DNA from: Rhynchobatus australiae
Lineage: Eukaryota
Direction: 5' to 3'
Assembly: GCA_034780895.1 (NCBI GenBank)
Contig: JAUZTB010000076.1
Span: forward strand, 61,452,767 to 61,516,766
DNA length: 64,000 bases
The notes below the pieces were generated by a model. The model was given only the letters and a program-made list of their open reading frames with translations, had not been told where the DNA came from and did not search any database. Position numbers and translations under genes: made by a program. Shown in pieces: positions 13,531 through 26,689 of this stretch (positions within the stretch are counted from its first letter, which is position 1; every line of letters begins with the position of its first letter).

Positions 13531-14364
13531 TTGATGGGATTAAAATAGTTTCTGCTGAAAAAAGTATGGAAAACCAGTGTCTAAATTAAAAAAAAATTAG
13601 AACCATATGATAATGATTTGAGCTGTATACAAATTGTCCTGGCGATTTGAATAACTAGGGGAGTGGTGGAGGCTTTAAATTAAATGGTGGGGAAGATTGC
13701 GCAGAACAGAAATTTAGGAAGTTAAAAAGAACAAGGTAATTCCACATGGTAACAATATGACTCACGAAAACCAGAGTGTGATGGGAAGGAACAGGATGTG
13801 CCGTGGTAAACCTCAGCAGTAGATAGGGTCAAAACAGAGACTAATGATAAAATGAAAAAGTAAAAGTGAAGTCGTTGCTAGTTCCTAAAGCAATGAAAAG
13901 TTTGTGAACATGGTTAGTAGAGGAAATGTGGCTACTAATAAAAGGCCTATTGAGTACAAATGACTTTTGGAGGGATGTGATGTTGATTATTTGTTTCAGT
14001 CAAAGGGATGTTTCATTATAATCAGATACTGAGCAGGAGTCTCATCTCAGGTTAGTCAAGGAGTAATCGTTAAATGTTAGTAGATTGGACAAGGAAATGC
14101 TCAACTACAATGTGTAACCTTAGAATTGGATGTTGCAGGGTTCTGTGATTATGCTTAGGGTAGAATCACTGCCTTAAATCACAACACATACAGTGATTAT
14201 GCTTAGGGTATAATCATCTTAGAACACTGTGTATGGGTGGCTTCCTTGTATATGCTTCATTATGTTGGTTACTAAAGGAACTGAGCTTTACTGATTATTG
14301 CAGAGTGGAAAGGGAGAATTGAACTCCCACGGGAATCTTTTAAACTGGGAGAAGTTAAAAATGA

Positions 14365-15235
14365 AATGAAATTAAAATTGCATTGAAAGTTAAGAGAGAT
14401 GTAGAGGCTGGAGGTCTGTGATAGGGTCGTGAGCAGGAGAGGTTGGGTATAATATAAATGGTGGTGGTGCTGGCTGAAAGAGGGTGATAAAGACTGGTAA
14501 ATGACAAAAGGTGTGCTAGAAACAAAAAAAAGCAGATGCTGGAAATCTGAAACAAAAAAATGAAAATGCTGGAAACATTGAGCAGATCAGGCAGTATCTG
14601 TGGAAAGAGAAACAGAGCTAATGTTTCGCATCAAAAATCCTTCGCCAGAACTGGGAAAGACAGAAAACCAAGTTAATTTTAATTTGCCGAGAAGGTTGGG
14701 GAGGGATGGAGAGAAAATCTGTGTTAGAGCGACATGATGGTTGTTGTGGGGTTAAGTTGAAGAAGTCCTCTTGTCAATTGGGTTAATGGGGGCAGTTAGA
14801 GGCTTATAATAAAAACAAAGTAGTGTAATGTGTTGATAATGGGCAGGGAACATATCCAGCAGGTCAGTTGTGCTAATGGAGAGTGAAAGACTGAGCCAAT
14901 ATCACAGATGGATGACTTGAGCAGAAATGGCCAGTTCGAATCGAAACAAAGCAAGTTACTTGGGGTGTGTTGGAATTCGTGTAAGTACAAAGGGACAAAT
15001 GAAATCTGAAATTACCAGAAAAGGATGAAGGGAAAAAAATCAAATGTTGGATGTGTGAGAAACAAGACTGAAATTATCTGATTTGATGTTGAGTCCAGAA
15101 GGCTGTTTGTATCTTGTCAGAAAGCGAGATTCTGTTCCTTAAGTTTGTATTGAGTTTCATTGGAACAGTGTAGTAGGCCAAATGTGGGGATTGCAGAATG
15201 GAAGTGGTTTGGAGAATTAAAGTAACAAATGCCTG
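14365..15235 (-). mobile_element. Penelope-like element 3' end / pLTR
   Basis: cagatgctggaaatctgaa terminus; decayed GIY-YIG C-terminus (QPSGLNI) near 15085-15140. Confidence 0.7.
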
Positions 15236-15539
15236 TGTTGGTGAAGAGAGTATAAACAGCTACAGTAAGTAATGAGCAATGTTAATGTTTAATGCAAAGG
15301 GATGGAATACAAAGGTGGAGAAATTTTGCTACAGCAGTTCACCTGTGAGATCATGTCTAAAGTACTCTTGCAGTTTTCAGGAAGGATAAACTTGTACTGA
15401 AAGCTATGCAAAAAACATTCGAGGTATGAGAAAATAATTTTATGAAAAATGATTAATTGGGAGTATATTTTCTCTGGAGTTTACAATAATGAGAATATAA
15501 AAGATCCTATGCATCTTGCTTAGGAAGCAATATCTCAGA

Positions 15540-16260
15540 ATCAGATTTATTATCCCTAACATATGTTGTGAAATTATTTTTGCAGCAGCATTACAGTGCA
15601 AGACATAAGAATTACAATAAGTTACAAAATAACTAGCACAAAAGAGGAATAACGAGGTACTATTTATGGACCATTCTGAAATCCGTTGGCGGAGGGGACG
15701 AAGCTGTTCTCGAAACTTGGAGTGTGGGTCTTCAGGCTCCTGTACTTCCTTCCCAATGGTAGTAACATGAAGAGGACATGTCCCGAGTGGTGAGGGTCCT
15801 TAATGATGGATGCTGCTGCCTTGAGGCATCACCTCTTTAAGATGTCCTTGATGGCGGGGAGGGTTGTGCCCGTGATGGAGCTGGCTGGTCTACAACCCTC
15901 TGCAGCCTCATTCGATCCTGCACATTGGAGCCTCCTTACCAGGCAGTGATGCAACTAGTCAGAATGCTCTCCATCATACATGTGTAGAAATTTGCAAGAG
16001 TCTTTGGTGACGTACCAAATCTCCTCAAAGTCCTAATGTAGTAGAGGCGCTGGTGTGCCTTCTTCGCAATTGCATCAATGTGTTGGGCCCAAGATAGATC
16101 CTCTGAATTGTTGTCACCCAGGAACTTGAAGCTGCTGACCCTTTCCACCGATGACCCCTCAATGAAGACTGCTGTGTGCTCTCCTGACTTCCCCTTCCTG
16201 AAGTCCCCAGTCAATTCCTTGGTCTTGCTGATGTTGAGTGCGAGGTTGTTGTTGCGACAC
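15540..16260 (-). mobile_element. Rex1/Babar LINE nested in a CR1 fragment
   Basis: NNLALNISKTKEL, FKFLG, KKAHQRLYYIRTLRRF; CR1 3' sequence resumes at 16261. Confidence 0.88.
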
Positions 16261-19188
16261 AGGATTAAGGGCCACCCACTTAATACTGAGATGAGGAGAA
16301 AATTTCTTCTCTGAGGGTTATTGAATATTTGTAATTCCCTGCCCCTGTAAAAAAAAAAGTGGAGAATTAACCATTGAATACATTTGTGACAGAGATACAT
16401 TATTTTAGACCTCAGGAGAATTAAGGGTTATTGGGACCATACAGAGTATCAGATCAGCCATGACCTTACTGAGTTGCTAAGCAGGTTCAAGGGGCTATGT
16501 GCCCAACACCAGCTTCTATTTCTTATGTTTGTATATTCAAGTTTTTTGTAATGAAAAGTTCTGATTGGAATTAGATTTGGGAGGGCTGTTCATTATGTGA
16601 GTANNNNNNNNNNNNNNNNNNNNNNNNNNNNNNNNNNNNNNNNNNNNNNNNNNNNNCAAAATGTAAGAGTGTTTAGTCTGTTTTGCATTAACCAAACTTG
16701 GCTTGAATTTGAAATAATCTTAGTGAATTTACTGAATAATTACTAAGGGATGGATTAAACTGTATATTGTTATGAATATTCAAGAATTCAAAACATCAGA
16801 GAAACCTTGATGCTGAATTTTCCTAAAATTTGTAATTGATTATGTAGAGCTATTTTGGTAACAAGTTATGGAGCCACTTTGATAACAATCTTTTAGTAAT
16901 CGATTGAACATTTTTCTTCTTTTTCAAATGTAATTTCTAAGTATGTGAAAAATATATTCACTTCATGTCAATCGGCATATGAAAAAAAAGATGCAAAAAG
17001 CTACTCATATACTGCTGTTCCTTCTGACCTTCAGGAACTTCGCCTGCAACTATACATAGGATGGTCCTGTTTGAAGCCATTAAACCTTGAGGCCTGAAAC
17101 CTTGTGGAGAATGGGAACATTATGCATTGTATGGTACTTATGCTGCTGCTTATCATGAGCAGTGCCATGAAGGGTCACCTGTTTAAATTTATTCAGTCTC
17201 TTTAAAATAAACTCCAGAACATTTCAATTTCCCTCAATTTATTTACTTTAACCCTTCATTTGGCTTAGTGTTTTATTGCTTGCACAATGTATATAAATTA
17301 TCTGTTTCAGCCAGCAGGCAGCCACCTAAAATTCTGTAACTGCCATTATTAGCCCTGGATTTTAGGCAGATGCTGCTTTGCATTATGCACTAAGTCCTGG
17401 TTATTCCCAAGGGATAGGGGTATGGACTAACTATGGATAACAAACAGACATGGATGTTATTAAAGCTACTGGCAGTGACACTAAGACTGCACTGACACAT
17501 GATAGTCAATCCCTCCATGAATATAACAATTTCTCTGCAAGTTTCTCCTTGCCAACACTCCGTATCCTGGCTTCGGCTGCAACAATAGCCACATTCCTGA
17601 CTTTCAATGTCCCTGACCCCAACCCCAGCTCTGGCCACACACACTTTGGACGCAGGCTCCACCTGCACACAGCATACACTCTGGACCTTGGCCCAAATTC
17701 CTGATGCCAACCCTGGATGTGACCGCATACTGACTCTGGATATTTCACTACTTTAAATACAATTCATCTTAAAGCAAGCAGGAGCAGGCTCTGGAGGAAG
17801 CTGCCAAATTTACCAAAATTCTCAGTTATGATTGGCCATCCTTGCAAGTACACAATCCACAAATAGTGTCAGCTGAAACAAGGACTTAGTGCAGTGAAAA
17901 CTCTTCCTTTTATAATCTTGCTGGGTTACAACCTTTCCTATCTCAGTTATGTTCTGACAAGAACTACAGAGTAGTGTTCTGAGGCTCCTTCTTTTAAGGA
18001 AACTGTCAAGAGACTGATGTCAATTTTCCATTGACTAGCAAGCAGTCTACCAATCACCAGCCCTCAATGCCTGGAGTTGGCTGTCATCTTCCACTGGTTA
18101 GCAGGGTCCCAACACTAAGCCTAGCTCAGGGCCTTTATAATCAAACTGACAGGTCCTGCTCTCAGAGTTTCTTTGAGAGTTGGTTCAGGCCCACCCACAG
18201 GCTTTATCAACTGATAAAACTGTCAAGGAGAGTGAATGTCTGACATTTATAAGCTTTCCAAAGTATTCAAAGGCTATGAAAAGAAGCTTGTTGAATGTAT
18301 CAAAAAAAAGCAGTTAAAATGCAGAGAAACAATTAAAAACATTTAAATCAATTCCATTAACTCAATGAAAAGAAAATTAGCTTTCATTTATCCCTTCTCT
18401 TGCTGATTTTCTCCATTACAACCAATGGGCCTGCTGGATTTATTCCACGATTACTTGATGCAGGTTCAGCAAGCAGTTTCCCAAGCCTGTGCAAGGAAAT
18501 CTGTTGGAATTTTGTGCTCCCCAGCTGGACTCCAAGAGGACTCCAGTGGCGGAGAGCATTTGTTCCATCACTGGTATCAAGCTTATGGAAGTTTGGTATT
18601 TCCACCTTCATGTGGAGACCTGAACTTCCCACACAGTTACATGGATAAAAGCCGGTAGTTATGAGTGGAACTACTGGCTTTTTAATTGGATGATCCCAGC
18701 TGGTGTCCTCGGGGTAGTGTTGAAAAGAACAATGCCAGCTATAAAGCTATACCTCCAGGAGGTTTTTGTTTTGCCAAATGATTCTTTTTTAGAAAATGTT
18801 GAATTTTACTTTGCATTTGTATGTAGCTGTAATGTCATTACTGATACACCACCATCCTATATACTGACTTCATGAAATTTAGTCAGCTCAAGACAGGAAG
18901 TTAGACCTCTTTTTTTGCAAAAGTTAATCACCTCGAGACAGGGAGTTAGTTGTTTCAAGCAGTTTTTATCCATTGAAAGGTACCAATTATGATCTTGGGT
19001 GAATCAGCCGTGAACTAGCCACAGTTCAAGTGTATGGTGTTGGTGTTGACGTTATGTCAATGATATAACATAGCTCTCCAGATTTCACACATCTCTTTAT
19101 AAGGTATCTAAATCCCTATGTGGTCTATTCTCACTAATGCACATGTTCAGTAATCAGATCAGTTACCAGTCGTGTTTTTTTTGTGCAG

Positions 19189-19281
19189 GTTGCATCATGG
19201 ACCAAGTACTGGGTGGCATTATGTGGAACAAAACTTTATTACTATTCAGCCAAATCTTTAAAACCAACAGAAAGAAAACAT
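19189..19281 (+). CDS. RALGPS2: RALGPS2 (Ral GEF with PH domain and SH3-binding motif 2) internal exon, PH domain
   Basis: Acceptor ttttttgtgcag and donor gtaagt; 93 nt, phase 0/0; encodes VASWTKYWVALCGTKLYYYSAKSLKPTERKH, matching the RALGPS2 PH-domain segment (VASWTKYW..LCGT.L.YY.AKSLK.TERKH). Confidence 0.95.
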
Positions 19282-19899
19282 GTAAGTTCCTCTCTTCCCA
19301 GAACCTTATTTGTTTCAAGCTGCTAAGTGTCCAATGAAAGCAATCTGCTGCATTAAACATAATCAGTCTTAGTCAATGACAGTAGACACTCCCATTGGAA
19401 AGTTTTGTCCGACAGATCTTAAGGGAGAACATCTGTATTTCACATTACATTGGCACAATGTAACACATTTGCTGCCTCTCATGTTGCTATGGAAGTTACT
19501 AGGTAATGTTCTATGATAAAGAATTAAAAGAAAACACATTTATAATGTGCCTTTGTGCATAAGGATGTCCCAGAATGCTTTATAAGCAATTAAATACTGT
19601 TTTGAGTGTTGTCACTGGTGTCATTCAAGTACACAGATATGAATACATTCAACCTGCAATGGATGTTATTGAGGATCTGCATCAAGTTTACAGTAATGAC
19701 AAAAACTGTATATGTTTGGATCTGATGCTGACTATTTGTATTTGTAATTTTCATTGAACAACATTCCCATTGCATTTTTTTAATCATTGATTTCCTAAAC
19801 AATCAGTGATATCTCAATTAATGAAAATATAGTCAACGCTTGTCTTAACTTAAGTACAAAGTTAATTAGTTAAATTAAAATTACCTGTGACTCCTGTGG

Positions 19900-20245
19900 C
19901 TGAGGGGTGATCTGATAGAAGTATATAAGATTATGAGAGGCATAGATAGTCAAAATCTTTTTCCCAGTGGAGGGGTATCAAAACAAGAGGAAGTAGGTGT
20001 AAGGTAAGAGTAAGGAGTTTTAAAGAGGATCTGAGGAGTATGTTTTTATTTTAAAATACAGTGTGTGGTTGATATCTCCATCATGCTGTCAGAGGAGGTG
20101 CTGGAATCAGATACAATTACATTTAAATAGAAAGGCATGGAAGGATACGGGTCTACTGCTGAAAAATGGGATTTGTGTAGATGAGCTAAGAGATTGGCAT
20201 GGACATGGTGGGCTGAAGGGTTAGTTTCTGTGCTGTATGACTCCG
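19900..20245 (+). mobile_element. CR1 3' end
   Basis: ctgaggggtgatctgatagaagtatataag...gggctgaaggg...tctgtgctgtatgactc. Confidence 0.8.
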
Positions 20246-21519
20246 CGATGATGGGTAGCATCAGAACATGGCAGTTAGTGCACTAGCTATTTTATGACCA
20301 ATAAGCAGCCCTTGGGAGTCTGCACTACTTTCAGTGATTACTTTGTTTAGTTTTGAGGATCAGTCCTTTAAGGAAACAGCTGCAGTATTTGATCCTTTTC
20401 CATTCTCTGGAAAAGGATAGGTTTCTTCAGGCTGTGAAAAATGAAGAAGGCACCTGTTGAACTATATCAAATGAGGTTTAAAAGTACTTGCTTGTTTAAA
20501 AAAAAGCTACTTTGTTCTTCCTGTGTGAGTTCATTGCTTGATATTTCCTATCTAACCTATTTCCCTTTCCATTGAGATCCTCGTGTGTGGCTCTCTACTG
20601 GTTTCACACTTCTGGAAAAGAGATGACTAATTTTCCTAAAGGGGACTGAATTATGAGAATGAACTTAACAGTTAATTATATATACATTTTTGAGAATGCC
20701 ACCTGAGGCAATGCCTCAGATGTGGGTTTTCTCAGATGATATATGAAGAGTGAACGCAGCAGGATGTTCTCTGCCTGATACCTGATAATTCTTGAATATA
20801 TGATATGAATATCAATTTATATGTGGTCAAGGGGATTTAATACTCTTGAGTGAAGAAATTTTTCCTCATCTTGGAGCTAATGGATGACTTATTCTGAGTT
20901 TAAATACGCTGATTGTAGCCATTCCATGCATTCTCAGCATCTACCTAGCCAGTTCCTTTCAAAATCTTGTATTTTTCATTGATATCAGTTGTCAGTCACA
21001 CAAGCATACTATCTTCAACAATCCATCTTCATGGGTCAGTCTCTCATCCCAGAAATTAGCCTAGTGAATTTATATTGCACTACCAGCCTCCAAGTACAGA
21101 GACCAAATCTGCATGTGTATACTTGAAATGGTGCCACCAAAGTGCTGTGCATGAATTCCTTATCCTTGTACTGCAGCCTGTCACAAGAATGGCTCTATTG
21201 TTTTTTCCTAATTGTTTATGATACCTACAAATTAACTTCCTTTGCACCAAATTTTACTAATTTCTTGTCTTTTTTAAAAAGAAATAGAATAACTTCACAT
21301 TTTACCATTTTATAGTTTATCTGCATTCTGCCCCCTTGCTTGCTTAACCTAATTGTATCTGTTGCCAGTTTCTTTGCCCTCACCCCTATCTTCCATCCTT
21401 ATAATGCATTTCACTGCCTAACTTTGTATTGTCAGCATATGTCNNNNNNNNNNNNNNNNNNNNNNNNNNNNNNNNNNNCACACACTCGGTCTGCTGACTG
21501 TTTATTACTATTCTGAATC

Positions 21520-21925
21520 CAATAGTTGCGTAGTACCTAAATTACCAGATTAGTAAACTGAAGGGCTGGATTAACAATACAGAAAACCAAATTCAAATTC
21601 CACCATGGCAGCTCTAGAAGTTAAATTCTACACATAATTTGGAATTTAAATTCTGCAAATAATCTCAAATTCTTAAAACATACAGTCATAATGATAATAA
21701 CCAGAAAACTACCGGTTTGTCAAAAAATCTCATCTGTTACACTTAAATTCTTCAGTGGAGGAAATATGATGTCCATATCCAGTTTGACCTTTCTGTGGTT
21801 CCAGATCCACTCGTGTACATGCTCTTAAATACCCTCTAAAATGGCCACTCAGTTTGAGGACCATTAAGGGTGGGCAATAAATGCTGGCCTTGCCAGTGCA
21901 CCAAGAGCCTGAAGAAAATAAATAC
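21520..21925 (+). mobile_element. Elasmobranch SINE-like repeat
   Basis: B-box-like ttcaaattccaccatggcag; tail gggcaataaatgctggccttgccag also seen at about 5220-5250. Confidence 0.55.
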
Positions 21926-22305
21926 ATATTTGGTTTCTTTAACCAATTAATTTTAATATTTGCATATTTACAGTCTTCTATGATATATTTGTAAAACTTT
22001 CTTCATACTCATCTCTTCAACCAGCCATCAGTCACTTTTCTCCATTGTGAATCAACATCCATTTCCCTTTTTGAGGTGCCTCAGGATGTTTTTCTACAAG
22101 TTGAAGCAAATTTTTGTTTTCAACTGTACTGGTGTAGCAAGAAACCATTAATTTAGCCTAATGTGTTCAAAAAATCACACTTTTTTGTTTTTTACATTTT
22201 AGTAATACACTGTTAGAACAATACAGCTTCCCTGCTTATCCCAATTCGAATTAGTCCTTTAATAATCCCAGTCTTATTGATGTTTCTAACTTTTCTGTTA
22301 TTCAG

Positions 22306-22411
22306 TTCAAATCAAGTTTGAGTAAGAGTGTTTCTGTTGTGGGTTGGATGGTGATGATGGCTGATGATCCAGAGCATCCAGATGTTTTCCAGCTTACAGA
22401 CTCTGAAAGGG
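22306..22411 (+). CDS. RALGPS2: RALGPS2 internal exon, PH domain
   Basis: Acceptor ttttctgttattcag and donor gtgagt; 106 nt; FKSSLSKSVSVVGWMVMMADDPEHPDVFQLTDSER+g; GWMVMMADDPEHPD is RALGPS2-type. Confidence 0.95.
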
Positions 22412-22659
22412 GTGAGTAATGGATGGAAAAAGGTCTATTTTCCTCTCACTTTATATCTGTTTCAATTTCCCCCCGTGGCTGAGTACTGAGAAATGAATTG
22501 CTTTTTTTATGTTTATAATTACTCAAGTTCTTTCCAATTCTTAATGGGATAATCAATTTTCCTAACTGCAAAAGAAAGCCAGTTAAAGTTGAATTCAGTG
22601 CCATGTCAGAGCAAAATAACATTGCTTTANNNNNNNNNNNNNNNNTTCTTCATTTTCAG

Positions 22660-22751
22660 GAAATTCTTATAAATTCCAAGCTGGTAATAGAGGGAATGCA
22701 ATGCTGTGGTTTAAGCATTTGAGTTCTGCCTGCCAAAGCAACAGACAACAG
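22660..22751 (+). CDS. RALGPS2: RALGPS2 penultimate coding exon
   Basis: Acceptor ttcattttcag and donor gtacaa; 92 nt completing the phase-1 codon; (G)[30 protein letters not shown]. Confidence 0.95.
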
Positions 22752-23509
22752 GTACAATCACTCTCATGATTGATAGTGTAGCTTCCCGAATGTTAAGACA
22801 AGATTGTAATAGATACAGATGCGTAATAGATAAATCTGGATTCACTTTTTCATGATAAAGGATATATATTGGTGAATATCTTGATTCTATACTTTAAGAG
22901 AAATTACTTTATCTTTCCATTGCTTGATGGTATCCAGTAATGGTCTTTATATTATTAACAGCAATCACTGGAAGAATCCATAAAAATTTGTGCAGATTGT
23001 AAACTTCGGGGGGGGAGGGGGACTCAAACAGTCTTAACGAGGCAGAAAAAATCTAACTTGGGCATGAGGTCACTTAATGACACATTCAAGTTTCTTTCGC
23101 ATGGCTTGCAGTAAGGGGGCTTTCTTCATGCCAGCTATATCTAGGGTTACAAGTGAGCCAGGATCATCCCAGAATAAAACACTTTCCCTTGGCATGTTTG
23201 TGTTTCATTTGAATATGTTTTGGATAATCAAAATTTTTATAGAAATTTGCCACTCTTATGGACTGATAAGTTTGTTCGGCATATACATGTGAGAAAAGAC
23301 AAAACATTATTCAGCTTATATTTTGCTTTGGGTGATCNNNNNNNNNNNNNNNNNNNNNNNNNNNNNNNNNNNNNNNNNNNNNNNNNNNNNNNNNNNNNNN
23401 NNNNNNNNNNNNNNNNNNNNNNNNNNNNNNNNNNNNNGTTTGTTCGGCATATACATGTGAGAAAAGACAAAACATTATTCAGCTTATATTTTGCTTTGGG
23501 TGATCTGTT

Positions 23510-24100
23510 TAGGCATTCTGCTGATGTGCTATTCCTCATGCTTACGTTGAACCTCATTGAAACAGTTCAGGCGGACGCGGACAGAGAAATGATTGGGTTG
23601 AAGAATTAAAGTGACATGAGATTGGGAGCTCAGGGTTATGCTTGTGGATTGAAAGCTGATGCTACCACAAAACGATCACCAATCTGTAGTTGGTTTCTCC
23701 AAAGTAGGCAAAAGCAAAGTCAAAGTTGAGTTTATTGTCATATGCACAAGTACATGTATGCACATGTGCAAAGGAAAACTTGCTTGCAGCAGATTGTGAG
23801 CCATGAATTTGCTAAATTGTAAGATACAAGTTAAGTGTGGTTCATCTGGTAAGCATGTTTGGAGCCCTGTAAAGAGAGAGGAGAGGAATTAAGTGGAATT
23901 GGTGTTGCATCATCTGCAGTTGCACAAGGAGTTGCCATGAGAAGGGAAGGGTTTGTGATGGAGGTATAGACCAGAGTTTCCTGGAAGGAACAGTCACATC
24001 AGAATGCTGAAAGGATAGGGGCACCAGTGCATGGTGAGACAGAACCCCTGTGAAGTCAGGTAACCCTTCTTCACCTGTACTACTTCCAAAAAAGAAGTAT
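23510..24100 (-). mobile_element. Penelope-like GIY-YIG endonuclease fragment
   Basis: Reverse strand ggagaaaccaactacagattg-gtgatcgtttt resembles GET..RLGDRF with a frameshift. Confidence 0.6.
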
Positions 24101-25124
24101 AATTGATTTTTTTGTTGGAAACCTCGGACTCAGCCAAAAGAATCTGTTCTACTTCTCTAAACCACAGACTGTTAGCAATTAAAGAATTATCCAACACAGT
24201 CTGAGAGGTGCTTCTGCAAAAAATTGATTACTTGCTTTCTTTTCTAGGAGCTTCTGATAACCATGTTGACCTCTTTCATCCCGAAGCCTTTGTTAAGATT
24301 TGTTGGTTTTGATAAACAGCATAAAAGAACTTATTTTTCCCAACTCTTGTCCAAAAACATCAGAAGCATCATCTCGGAAAGAAACTCACTTTCCTATTTT
24401 ATGCTTATAGTTTCCACCAAAACAAATCTTCAGTCTGAGATTGAAGATGCACTAAATATTCAATACTATTTTAATTTAAAATGTTAATTTGAATATTGTG
24501 CACTGGTATGGAGAAACAAAATGTCATTACCAGTACTGTACATGATTGAAACACTAGAGTCAGGACTATGGTAAACACCTTGTTTCTTTATCACATCAGT
24601 GATACTTTCCATTTGGAATCATTGGTAAAGCTTGCTTTGATCCTTCTAAATATATTTGACGGTTTGTCTCAAAAATAAAATTCCTTTTGCTAATCATTGT
24701 AGCTCACCATAGTTGAATAATCTGCAGACACTTGCTCAACTTTTAATTTAAGCATTCCTGTGTGATCAGGAGAGTATTGGACTGCTGTTGCATGTGTGCC
24801 CAAATATTAAAGTAGGTCACTAACTTGAATTTTAAAGTTTAAGCTGTCTTACATTTTAGTTTGAAATTAAAGAAATTTATGTAGTTTACTTTGTATCTAG
24901 TGGAGGAGGATNNNNNNNNNNNNNNNNNNNNNNNNNNNNNNNNNNNNNNNNNNNNNNNNNNNNNNNNNNNNNNNNNNNNNNNNNNNNNNNNNNNNNNNNN
25001 NNNNNNNNNNNGTTACTTGATCAGTTTAGTAAACTCTGTGCCATTTCTTTTATTGTCATCACAACCTCAACTTGTAGAATATACTCATAATCACACAGTT
25101 CTTCAATCTTGTATATCTCTGAGT

Positions 25125-25545
25125 GTCATAGAGCTACATAGCACAGAAAACAGTCCCTTCAGCCCAATTCATCCATGCAAACTAAGTTGCCAAACTTTGC
25201 TAGTCCCATTTGCCTGCATTTGGCCTATATCCTTCCCATCCATGTACCTGTCCAAATGTCTCTTAAATGTCATAATTGTACCTGACTCTACCACTTCCTC
25301 TGGCAGCTTGTTCCATATATGGATCACCCTCTCTGTGGAAGAGTTGTGCTTCAGGTCCCTTTCCACTCTCACTATAAACTTATGCCCTCTAATTTTGGGG
25401 TCCTCTACCCTAAGGAAAAAACTGGCCATTCACCTTATCTATGCCACTCATGATTTTATAGTCCTCTATAAGGTCACACCTCAGCCTCCTATACTCCGGG
25501 GGGGAAAAGTCTTAGCCTTTCCAGCCTCTCCTTGTAACTCAACCT
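25125..25545 (-). mobile_element. CR1 3' end
   Basis: RGHKFIV, ERVIHIWNKLPEEVVE, FKRHLDRYM. Confidence 0.85.
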
Positions 25546-26689
25546 GGTGACATAGTACATGGTACAAAAGAGGCACCAAAGTTGCAATACTAAGACAGAC
25601 CCATCAGCAAGATGACATTACATTTGGCAATAATAAACCAATTTACCATTCTCTCTGACAGTCTTGCTTAACTTCTGATTACTAGTTCCAAATTTGTAGC
25701 ACTCCACAGTTTCTGATGGTTTAGGATTCAAATGATCCTGTAATGTGCACTGACATGCTAAATTAAACATTGATTTTCATGGCACTAAAAGATTTACTAA
25801 CATAGTTGTACATTTCAGAACCCATTCCAGTTAAAAGAATGGCTTTCTTATGATCATACAAAGTAACATTTTCTGCAGGCGCGTTCTCCCTTCTGCTACA
25901 ACTTTTGCATCACAACACATGATGTTTTACCTGCCTTTGCAGTGCCTGTCCAGTTCACTGGCTACAACCTCAAAATCATTAAACTAACTACAGTGACTTT
26001 TCTAGTGTGACCTACTTGCTGATGAAAGTATCTTGAGACTCCTGTGCACACCCAGAGTCACTCTGCTTGCTGCACCATTATCTGCCTCTGTCACCTTTAA
26101 CAAAAGTACTCAACCAGTAGATATGCAAGAGGCAGTTTTTATCCTTTTCATGTATCTTTGGCCAGTATTCCCTCTTATGCTTGTATTTGCTGGTACCTAC
26201 TCAGGACAGCTGCCATTTAGCTCAGCAACATTGCCAGTAGCTCAGACGAATGCTGTTGATCACATACAAGACTTTTGCCTTGACACACAAAGTCCATTTA
26301 AAAATTTTTTTGGCAAAGTCTTTTCTGTACATCCTATTGCCAATTTGTAATATGTTTCCATCTCTAACTCTAGGGGTAGGGTTACTGATAAAAAGGAATA
26401 TTCAGAATGAAAAACTTGTAACTGCAAGAATGTATGCTGCACTGTCCATGTGCTCATACATATACAGAACAACAACAATAAAATTTAAATTTATTAAGCT
26501 TTATCTGATGTGGTAATTATTATTTATCTAACTACATGTCTGTTATTTAATATAAATATGCAAGTGTTAGTCCTAAATTGATTTTAACATGCAATACTTA
26601 TGGAAGCTATGGCACATACACAGATGCTGCATTATTGTCAGTTGTGTGAGGTCATGATTTGGTAATTATGCTCTCTCCATATTCTTAAG

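Noticed and set aside
17390-17748. Overlapping ORFs in a GC-richer patch
   Set aside because: No recognisable domain or splice structure; probably an unclassified repeat remnant
20703-20719. Palindrome ctgaggca-a-tgcctcag
   Set aside because: 8-bp arms are expected by chance in 64 kb
23269-23505. Identical ~68-bp direct repeat on both sides of an N gap
   Set aside because: Perfect identity abutting a 100-N gap is typical of an unmerged contig overlap, an assembly artefact
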